Of a DNA stretch of 64,000 nucleotides, positions 24,401 through 36,400 are shown one piece after another. The notes under the pieces were generated by a model that saw only the letters and a list, made by a program, of their open reading frames with translations, was not told where the DNA came from and did not search any database. Position 1 is the first letter of the stretch; every line of letters starts with the position of its first letter. The stretch is taken from assembly GCA_002633005.1 (NCBI GenBank), contig NMRA01000180.1, positions 433,955 to 497,954 of the forward strand. Direction: 5' to 3'. The translations under genes were made by a program, and so were the position numbers. Origin of the DNA: Phoronis australis (taxonomy: Eukaryota; Animalia; Phoronida).

Positions 24401-27400
24401 AGCACATGATTACAGTAACAATAACAATAATAATAATAACAATAACTAAAACAATAATAATAATAACAATAATGTAAACAATGGTAACAACAATCACCAC
24501 ATGATTATAATAACATTCATAAGTTAGTGCTTATGCTACACATTTTCAACTACTAAGCACTTTACACACAAAATGAGCTCTGCAAAGTTCAGTATCAGTT
24601 ACGACTCAATTAAAACATGCAAAAATTTCACAGGTGCTATTTTCAGACACTACAGTAAAAATACGTTCAATAGGCTCATCCCTTTCAATTTATAAACAGA
24701 ACGTGAAATCTGCCCCAGTTTTGTTCAAAGGGCAATAATTCCATGATGTTTTTGGAACACCATAAACTAGAACAAGTATAATGAGGTCAAAGTAGCAGCA
24801 TATATGTAATAAAAAATAAATACCTCATCGCAATCAAAACTGGGCAAACAATGATGTAAACTAAATATTGCCAAGAACATACAAGAACCAACTTATAAAC
24901 ACCTGAGTAAGTGCCACTTTAAGAGAAGAGAGAATGCATCGTACCTTTGTCAAGACCGCAGTATGGTCCGCTCCGCAGCTAACAAAATTGACGTTTTGAC
25001 TACGCAATGACTTGCACAAGTTGGGAAACATGCGATCTACAAAGAGCATCGAGCAGTGCTTAGATACTGCATGGTAGCATTAGGTATAACAAGATGTGAA
25101 ACAACTCTATTGACCTCCATTCATCATTTACCATCATCCTAACTGCTCCTAACTTGATAAACAGTCAAGAAGAAAAAGCAACTCCTTCAACCAGAAACAC
25201 TATTGTCTCTAACCCTCATATGTTCCAATTGAGTATCATTCTAGACAAGTGAGCATTATAAATATGTGTCAAATTAAAAAATATCCAACGTAATTGGGGA
25301 TAATATAATTTAAGGTAATTGTCAGCCCTTTCAACTTTCATCAAAACAACTTTTTCAGTCTCCATTCTCAACCCATAAAACTACATCTGGACTCTACACC
25401 TAGCATAACGTCAACTCGCTAAATGTGACCTGGCAAAAATCCTAGGTCGCCGAATGGGAGATGAGTTCGCCAAAACAACAGTTCCTGCCAAAGAATTTCG
25501 ACTTCTTTCGGTTAACCGAACTTCCTATTGTAGTTTGAATGCATGCTCAGATGTGTGGCACAAGAACAGATTTCACGAAATAAATAAAGAACATTTTGTA
25601 AAGCAAAAAAATTGTATTTCGGAAAAAATCATTTTTAAAATTTGAAAATCACCACAAATTTCAAAGCCAATTACAGAACAATTCTTATTTATCTGACTTC
25701 AGATGTAGCTGCATCTGGCTAAAACCTGGAGACTTCATGGCAACTTTGAATTTATACCAGGTTGCCAAACAAAATTTGAGGTTGCACTGGTGAGCTGCTA
25801 GTCAAAAATTCAAGACACGCATATATTATAAGTAAAAAATGTGTGACTTCATTTATATTCAAACGTCAAACACTTTTTGTGAAAATTATTTCTTTCTTTG
25901 AATATCAATTTTTAAAGCACCTAAACTGCGAAGGCTTCTTGCTAGAACTATAATGATGTTGTCAATAAATAGAAAACTGAGTCTAATTTTTTCTTTATCC
26001 TCAAACAATAAATAACAGCACTTAAAGTCAATTTTTAAAACGTCTTCACTTTGAACAGTGTGGCTCAGTAGTTAGAGCTCCGGACTACCGCTTGGGAAAC
26101 TTGGGTTCAAATCTTGGCTTCACTGGATTACATTTGAGCATTGCACAAAGATGTCCCCTATTCCTCTGAGCTCGGCGTAATACTAGTGAATGTGTGCAAG
26201 GGACTGAATGAGAACCTGGATATAATGCAAAAGCGATTTCTAGGGCAGTACTCGTATTTTTTTTTAACTTTGAACAGTCGAATTGTCCATTGTACGAAGA
26301 AAACGTAAAAATCTGAAAAACTGTTCCCTCTGCCATAAAATAAGTTTGCAAGATTTCATGCAAACTGACCCACCCACTAATGAGAAATCAGCGTTAAAAA
26401 AACTAAATAAGTGTTGAAAACAATGAAAACGGTCAATAAAGACTTGCCACATAATTGAAATGGAAGTCATCTCAAGCAAACCACGTATTTGGTGTGCAAA
26501 TGTTATAGACAGAAATGGAAAATAAAGATATAATTTTATACAAAATGTAAATTTTGCATTTTTAAAAGAAATACACAAAGGTTGACTAGAAATCTTACCT
26601 TTTTGATCATTAAGACCCAACTGGCCAAAGCTGAAAAATAAGACCACCTTAATTAAGTATATTGGGAAACCATAGAATGTTTGTGTGAAGTAACATCAAT
26701 ATTTAATCAACATCTGACATGTGAGAGCAATGTTACACGCCGATACTAAGGAAAATCACAATGGGGCTATTCGGAAAATCTACAACAACTAGAGGGCGTG
26801 CGTGTACTAGTGGTGATAGATTAACAGCCTCGATTTCGCGAGCCCTTTAAATACATGGTGAAATGGCTTGCAGCCGTGCCAACTGAATCTGAGATTGCGT
26901 AAAAAGGGTGCTTCTATGAGAGGAAGTAAGCACGACCTCATACAAAGGTAAGGTTTGTGATTATTTTTACGATTATTCCATGATTATTCTACCGATGCCT
27001 GTTAACCGAGGCACTCGCCGATGTCGACTTCGCGGCAGTCAGTCGCCAGCCAGAGTCTGGTTAATCTTTGTATGTTGTGATATGTGATACGATACTTGAC
27101 GTAGCAATCGGGATCTTTCGTACATCAAAGCATTATTATTGTTTGGAATGATTTCTAAAAGTTTATCAGTGATAGTTACATCAATCAATGCTGAATGTTT
27201 ATGCTGTCAACTCGATACAGGTTAATGAGTTAAGATTACAATCCAATCCCAATGGTAAAGGGTACGTGAGTGATAAATATCCATTGCATTAGACTATTTG
27301 TTTACTCCCTATCATATGTCTTCTGGCAATCTGTTACACGTTGAAATGGAAATCTATCACGTCAGTTTTCACGTAACCTTTGGTTTTTAGGTTTGAAGGC

Positions 27401-30400
27401 TTGTACCGTGCAGAGGAGATATGCTGTTTTGCTACTTGTATCAATTGTAAAACCACGAAAATATATTACATTTTCCGAATTCACAGTGACTGAATAGTCT
27501 TAACTCATGCCTTGAATTGTTGCAAGTCGTTATAAATTCAAATGACTGCCATTTTTGTGAAAATTGCATTTTTGGTGGTGCCATACGATTTGTAATTACT
27601 CTTAAACAACAGAAAGATTATCCATCCTTTTTAAATGACCCAAGTCTTCATATCTTCTATTAGAAGAAAAACGGTTCCCTCAACCTTAGGCTAGAAGTAT
27701 GCTTGACAGACCTATGAACCTGTAATCTGAGTTTAAAATTGCTGAAAGTATCAAAATTAAAAAGGCTTGAAAATGGGTAACAAAGGTTTGAAGTTGTCTC
27801 AAAAAACTTGTATATTTTACAGACAAGTGATGCGTTTAAAGAATTGTTATGGCTAGGGATAAAAAATAAAGACACAGTTTTATGCAATACTCATTATATA
27901 CACCCTTGGTTTCTGAAAATAGTAAATATTTACTTTTATGTGAAACTGTAGACCAATCACCATATATTTTTGAAAAACAGGGATAACATTTTTGATCCAA
28001 TCTGGAGTACTTAATTATTCATATTTCAATATTTGTTCCAGGTGCAGTGACATTTTAAGACCACTTCAAGCTGTATCATAGACAAGCTTTGTTACTCCGT
28101 TCTCTTCCCACAGCACTTCCACACACCAGCAGTGCTGCTTGGCACAATGTGCAAGTCAGTGGCCCTGGAGAAATGTGAATCGCAGTACTAAGTTACCATA
28201 AGACAATGTGCCAGTGGAGTGTCTGTGTATCCAGATGAACTATATCTGACTGCTACACAAATAAGCCTTGTTGGCGAGGATGCCCTTTCATAGGCAATGA
28301 GTCATGTGTGGACAATAGTTTATTTCCTTTCCTGGAAGAAACATGAGGGACTGAAGCTAAAGAAGACCTAGTCACACTCTGGTCTAGTTCAGAGTCTGAT
28401 TTTGGGCTCAAAACGATTCAAGTGATATGCTGCTGTGTTTACCTTCAAGGGTCTAATTGTGGATGTTATTGAGGCTGAATGAGGTTACATGAAAGAAAGC
28501 CACGTGTTGAAACTGGACCTTTTTTACAAGCGCTTCTATAGGCCATTGAAACTAGAACCCAGTGAAATGAAAGCCAAAAGCTGAGTGACATTAAATTTTC
28601 CTTTCAGAAGAAAGGCTTTATACTATTGGTAAAAACTTTTCAATTTGGTACAGATTATGGGGAAATGACATTCAGTGACTGCATCGATTGTCTTATTGTA
28701 TGTTTTCAATTGTAGCTAGCTGCTATGCACAAGATTCGAGAATAAACAATTATCAGTGTATTTAAAAACAAATGGCAAACTGAAAAAGCACAGAAAGAAA
28801 CATTGCGAGGGAGTCCATAATCAGGCATATCAGGTGCTGAATTACTGAATTACGTTCAATTCTCTCAGGTTATTGCTGAAGGATTGCTTTTCACTTTGTC
28901 CAACGGTGAAATAGATGGTCAGGCGGTTGGTTTCAGTTGTTTTTTCTTGCCTGTAACAGAATAGAAATATTAGCAAATTGTAAAAGAAAAGACAAGACAA
29001 AACTACTTTTGTAAGGCAGAACATACTTGACATTTCATCTTCATGTTTATGTGTAGAAACTAATAACCTTTGTACCCAAGTCTTATTTAATATCTGAATT
29101 AAAATATGTGAAACAGGCTAAAAGTGATTTAACAATGTGTATTTTTCATGACACTTAAAATGTGCTTCTGATCTCAACAAGTAAAATTCATTCTAGGTGT
29201 CAATTTTTTTCCAATGCAATGTTACGACATTTAGTGAGTTAAGGCTTATTCATGTTAATTCGATAACTGAGCTGGTGGTCCTGGGGGTGGGGTCCACGAT
29301 AAAATAAGGAAACTCACTCATCTAGAGAATTTTATTGGAAACAGCATAGTTTTGAAGAGAAACTGCTGTGAAAAAGTCACTCTTGACTTCTGTGCATCAC
29401 GTACCATACACCTCTTATTTTGGGAGCACTCCCACCCAGGACAATATGAATATGTGCTGCTAGCCTACCCGGCATCGGGTGAGTTTCCAAAAAGAAACAC
29501 TTAGTTCCACTCAATAAAACTGTTATTCAGTGGGGTAACTGGTGGGGATAACATCACCGAACGATGTTGATAGAAACTGATTGCTAAAAACTTACCAAGT
29601 AATGTTGTGTAGTCTCCGAATGGAACTGCATAGTCATAGACATAGAGCACACACGGGGCTTCAGCATCCACACACTTTTTGTCAGTTAGTTGACCCTGTT
29701 GACCGCAATTGTCCACGAATATAGTAACCTTAGGTCTTTTGGGAATTTGTGGCCACCTGTCGAAGACTTGCACCAGGGAAATTAGCAGTAATAAGGCTTA
29801 GCGCGACGACGTATTTTGATAAAAATTCCATCTTTTACCAGTTGTTTACATGCAGACAGCCACGCATGCGCAATTTAATCACCACTAGTACAGCAGCGAC
29901 ACCGCGAGAAGAATTCTCCGAATAGCCCCATTGGTGAATTATTTGAACAATACAGATTATGCAATTTTCATAGCCCAAATTAAAAGAACAACGATTCAAA
30001 TGGACAAAAATTAACAGGTTTATGTCACATTTCCTGAATTAGGTTTCACTGCGCATTCACGAATGAATTCAAAAAGACATGTGACATCCTTCTGGAAACA
30101 ATGTCAACTTCCATAAACTCTCATAAAACAGCAGTCATGTTTTCACTTGACTTGAACTGTCAATCGACAACGCCTTTACATTTCTTGTTTGCAAGTGTAG
30201 ATGACAAACAAAATGCTGGCCATTTTGAAGAACGATTTCTGGCAGAATTTGACAACACAAGCTGGAAGACAAATTGGAGTGTGCCAACTTGATGCTTCAT
30301 TAACAATTTATTGCATCTGGACATCTTCGCCTTTTTCAAAAGTCTCCCATATGTGCGTGTTGATGAAGTTGAAGGCCATGAGAATTAAACACAATCCCTT

Positions 30401-33400
30401 ACTGTTGATGCAAATCTAGTCAGAAGACACATTAGAAATGTTTTAGTCTACAAGTACTTCAGCATTACCTGGGTCATAACTGCTAACACTTTTTGACACA
30501 TCCAGTGAAAATTTTCTAGTTAAGAAAGTCTCTAAAAGTTGTGACATCTAGATTTCAAAATTTAATTTTAAATTCTGAAGATACGGGCATGGGCGATTTT
30601 TGCATTCACCATCAAGTTTTGCACCGGCTGCAATTTTTATGAACAGTTTGAATATAGGCTTGCAACACTTTCACACATACCCCATAATGTGTAACAAAGT
30701 AAATGATCGGTTCTCATTGATCGTAATTCTTGAATTTTGGAAGTCAATAATTGTCCGTTTCTAAAATTTGGTACAAACTTAAACCTTGAGAAAAATAATT
30801 AAATTTTCAATGTCCCAAACTGCAGAATTTTTTACCATAATTGCAAAATGACAAAGTTTTACAAAACTTTTCAGCCAGCATGAAGGCAGTCAATGATACA
30901 TCACCTTACTTTGAGAAACTGTAAGAAAAATTTCAGTGATGATAAAACTGACCTGTTCTTTCCCCAGGTGAACAGCGCACCGGACAGTGTCAACACAGTG
31001 GAGTGTGCACCACCCGCTGACACCTGCGCCACTGGCAGACCACGCAGACACTGCAGTACTTGGGGTGTATGTTGTGACTGGGAGGTGCTGATACCGAGAC
31101 CCAACTGTCCATTGGCATTGGAACCCCATGCATAGATCTGACCATCTAAAAAGAAACATGCTGGCTGGAATTCAATATTGTTTTAAAGTTATTGCTAAAA
31201 GTTGCTAATGGTCGTGTGATCCAATCAAAGACAGAATGTCCAAAATTAAGCTCTGTGTCATGTTTCGTAGTATCAGAGAAATTAGTCTTTTACTTAAAGT
31301 TATGGATATTTGGCTAACTTAAATGGGAGATTCAGTGAGCTGAAATGCTTGGATTAAAAATTTGCAAGCAATTGCACAATGCCTTCATTTTGCAGAGTCA
31401 AGGAGATCACATAATATTGTCTATTTTTCTCCAATTTGTATGCAAGCACCATTCCCCAGATTTGCCTACTACTACAAAATTTGTTTCACCATTGATGACC
31501 CTTGTGTCTCAACCCAAAGGTTTCCAGTTATCAAACTGAAGAGCACACCTCCCAATTGAGCTGAACTGAAATTGGAATAATTTACCAGGCTACAGAGAGT
31601 ATTATTCCTTGAGACCAAGCTGGGAGCATAAAGTGAAAGGCCAAGACAAAACAACTTGCAGAACCCAGAACCAAGCAATAATAATCTGTCACTTCTTTCA
31701 AAGCCCTAAAATCACTTCTGATCTTACAAACGAACAATTAGAGACCAGTTTCAGAACGCTTCGAAGAGGTCTAAATTAAAACTTGTATGTTGTTTTTGAC
31801 ATGGTACATGGGTTTACAGCAACTTGAACTAGTATAAAGTTTAGAGGAATGTTGTTCAATTTACTAGACTATGCCTTTCACACAAGTCCGATTTCGCCTT
31901 AAATGAAGTCCCTTGATCCAATTGGATTCAAAATCTGCAAGTTGTTCTGCAATTGTCCAATGAAAACAACACTAGTTTCTACCACAATATAAGTTGTGTG
32001 GTCACTATTCCTTTACCTGTAAGTACTTTAGAAACCCGGCTGCCATTATATGCTAAACTTGGAAAAAACAGATATTGGAGACCACAGCAGTAGACAGAAA
32101 ACGTTCACATCGTTCTCCTTCCGATAAACGCCAAGGGTGCTTAAACTGGGAAGTTCAAAAATCAGATGACAGGTAGTAAGACCAGCATCAGTATTAAAAA
32201 GCAATTTTTTTGAGAAATCAGGATTACCTTTTAGCCAAATGGTCAATTCACTGCCACAAATGCCTTCACCAATTTTGCATAAACTTATTGGAATGGGCAT
32301 AAGCCAAAACAACCACTTTACATCTCTTCCAATAAAAAGTGGATATTTTTCTACCTGAATAGGACGTAAAGTACAGCCTGTTTGTTACAAGGTGAATGAC
32401 CTGTGTGAGTTTTGGGAGAGCTCTAAATTCTCGTGAGACAGTCGTTCACAAAGACACTAGCATTTCTTTACGGAAATCTCGGTCATTTAAATTTATTGTA
32501 TGTGCTACAAGATCAACACTGGCATCTAAAATTGAAAAATTGGAAAATTCTAGAGTGGGTATAAACTTTTAAGTCGAACATGGAGACTAATGCTGAGGAG
32601 TAGGGTGATTAAAAATGTTTGCTTATTTGTCAGAGTATCATATGACTTAAAAGACAAACATGTTGGCAATCATTAACCCCACTAGAATTCCAGCTGTTAC
32701 TAATTGATACAGGTGACTTCTGAGAATACCGAATATTGATTAATCTGCAATGTAATGGCGATAGAAACGGTGTTTATTGAAATATTGTCATCTAAAGCAT
32801 ATTCATCTATAATGATCTATACCATGGACAAGAGGAACTGTTTCTTAGGAACTTATCTGGCACACAATATGGCCAACAAGTTAAATTCCATTTTGTCAAG
32901 TTTCCCCACAAAAATAAAAGATTAAGAAAATTTTTGTCTACTGCTAACACAGATAGTACTGTGTACATGACATATAACAACTTTTGAAATTATTTCCATT
33001 ATTCGGAGTAATCTAATCAGCTTCTGAAAAATGTAAAAATTGGTAATTTGGCAGCTATTTTTGTGAGAAATAAATAGAGAATTACCATAAATTCTTAAAA
33101 TAACACTCATTGTGTAAATTCTGCTCTGAATAAACATTCGCACATACAGTAGAACCATAAATAAAACTGCAAGAACAATGATCTTATTTTATCCAGCCAT
33201 AACAATAAAAATGCAATTTATTTCAAAATAAAAGAATTAAATTCTTTTGAGAACAAACGTTGAATGTTCCACCATGGGACTTGAACAAAAAATTTTCACC
33301 ACAACTTCCGCAAAACGATACCACAAAGCATATCTCTTTACATCAAAACAAATCTGCTGTTGGAAATCACAATAGCAAGTTAAAGTACTTTTCCGTGACT

Positions 33401-36400
33401 CTTGAGGTACTGAAGCACAACAAGATTTCACACTTCAAGCATCTTTAGTTAACGTTTCCGCGCTACAACATTTTAGCACATAAAACTTGCACTGGGATCA
33501 AAAGCGCATCCCACCAACTCCCCACTGTTATCATCACCTCAGTCCACAAATACAGGACACGCTGCAGACATAAAGCACACACTACTTGTGCGCAAGCTAA
33601 TCGAACTTGCTGTCTGTTCATGAAGTGGCACGAATCTATGGTTGCTTATTGACAGAACGCATTCTTGGTCTGACTAAGTTCAATCAAGCATGGGACTCCT
33701 CATAATTTAAGGAATTTAACCTTGATACTTATTTCTTTAAAGCAACCAATACCTTCGCTGTTACCTAGTCCAGTCTAACACAGATTCCTTGTTAAGTTGA
33801 AAATGAAGAGCTATTACAATGCAGAAGAATAATTATAGCATTCTAACATTCACATTCACAAAACAATGTTAACACTGTGAACCACCATTCAATACAACAG
33901 TATCCATAAGACAAAGTCTACAAGATTTTGCTGTAATGCCAGGAGATCTCCCTCTTAATACTCAACCCGTTGTCGTTACTTTCTGGCCACAGTATACCAA
34001 ACTGAAATTCAATCACCCAAAAACAGACTCATTAGATTTACTTACTGAAATCGTGCTTTCAACTCACTAGAACTGAGCTGCTCAGTCAATTTCAAATCAA
34101 ACCATGAAATCAAGATGACACGTAGACAGCTATCTATTTTTTCACTTTATAGCGTGATTCCTATTGTGTGATATCGAATTTTTCAACCGTAGTATTTCAA
34201 ATGAAATAGCGCTAGAGTTTGAATAAAACACACCTACATAATACAACATTACAACATACATTAAACTACAATACATACACGGTGAGGTGTGTAACAGAAA
34301 ATCTTACACAAAATTCTAACTGTGTTGTCCAGGGGAATCAGAATAAGCCAACGTGAGATTGGAAGGCAGGCAGCCACTCTAGCACCAGGACCCGCTGACT
34401 TACAATAATTCTGCACTTATTTGGCATAAAATGATTGCCTAAATGGTCATTTTCCTATTTTTCTTTTTACAAATAATAGGACTGAACTTTGGCAAAAGCT
34501 TGCTTCATCTTTTTACAAATAATAGGACTGAACTTAGGCAAAAGAATGCTTTGTCTTTTTACAAATAATAGGACTGAACTTTGGCAAAAGCTTGCTTCAT
34601 CTTTTTACAAATAATAGGACTGAACTTTGGCAAAAGCTTGCTTTGTCTTTTTACAATAGGACTGAACTTTGGCAAAAGCTTGCTTCATCTTTTTACAAAT
34701 AATAGGACTGAACTTTGGAAAAAGCTTGCTTCATCTTTTTACTGGACTGAACTTTAGCAAATGCTTGCTTCGTGGCATCTATGGTACACATTGTTAAACC
34801 ATGGTGGTAATAGACTAAATTATCCTTAATTGCTATTTTTGGGGAGAAAATTTATAACAAAATAAAATTTCACTTGCATGCGAAATAAGTGAGTAATAAT
34901 AACTGCACAAACAAGATACCTGTTGTCATATACTTCAAGCTGAATCGCTTTCCTCAATACTCATATCTCTCTTCAGCATAGAGAAAGAACAGGTTACACA
35001 GAAACATTTGATAATAAGTCCTCATTTGCCAATGAGTGTAGACATGTTTGCGTGCATTTTCAATTTAACTCCGTTGGTCACAACAATGAGATGGAGCCCC
35101 ATGCAAGTATGTCCCTCCCTATCAGAGACCAAACACTCACTCACCTTGTGTTAACGCCAGACAATGATTAGATCCACAAGACACCTGAACAACAGGTGTA
35201 GTAATGGTCCTCAGTAGTCTACAATACCAAACGTGACATCACAACTTTAACTAAAATTTGGAATAGGAACAAAAGCATATTTATGCCTGTTCACTCACAA
35301 TTACGTAATCTCTATGAAATATCAAACTATCATATCATCACCAAAAATTAGTCAATTACACAAAAGATATGATGGTCAAATGCACTTATAGGTGCGTCCA
35401 CTGTTGATTGAGTGAGATCAAAATCACCATGCACACATGATCCGTAAGTGTCCGTATGAGTTGGTTGGTCTGGGAATGACATCACAGGAACTGTCAAGTA
35501 TATGACGCCAGTCACCACATGGAGTATTTTTGTTTTGCCACGTTACAAACAGTGAAAAAACATACGCACAAAGAGTGACTTTCAAATAACTGAGTGCCAA
35601 GTGAATCTTGTAAGCCATGATAAAATGACTCTCATTACGGCGTTTTCCCGTTGCTCCCAACTTGTTCGATTCTATAGCCCAACAACAAGTTGGGAAGTTT
35701 ACCCCTGTAGCCAATATCTTACACGACTGACTAACTCCATTCTGGCATTTATGGTTGGAGAACCGGCTCTCTTTTGTTAGATAATTGCTCTAATATGCGA
35801 TCAGATCCTATCAGCCCGACTAGGCTGTGCTGCTAAAAGTGAAAGTTAAGTTATAACATTTTTGAACATAAACCAATAGCATTTCTGAATTCCTCGTCAA
35901 ATGCTGATAATGTTTAGTTTTTGAATCACCAAAATCGCCCAACTACAACAGAAGTTAAGACAATCTATTCTGCCAGGTTTCAGTGACCCTTTAAAAAGCC
36001 TGGGAGATAACTGGCCTGCTTGTGCTGGGCAGTTAACAAAGGAACCAGATGTTATCACACGCTCAAAACCCCTCACGTCTGGAAAAGTTGCTGAACGACA
36101 GAACGCCGTCACGTGAACTTACTTAGGAACCTTCCTATCCTGGAAGTCTCCCACACCGAGCTGACCACAGTCGTTGCATCCCCAGGCAAACACCTGGGCA
36201 TGGTCGTTGACCACAAGGCTGTGGGCGAGTCCACAGCTCGCCTGGCGAATCATCTTAGTCTCCAGCACATTTATTAATTCTGAAGAGAACATATATTATG
36301 AGAAAAGACATCTATGATATTGGCGTGTATTTAAGCCAATGCACTAATAATATAAAGAAAATAATTGTTTAAGTGTTTCTCATGTAGATGAAGGTACATG

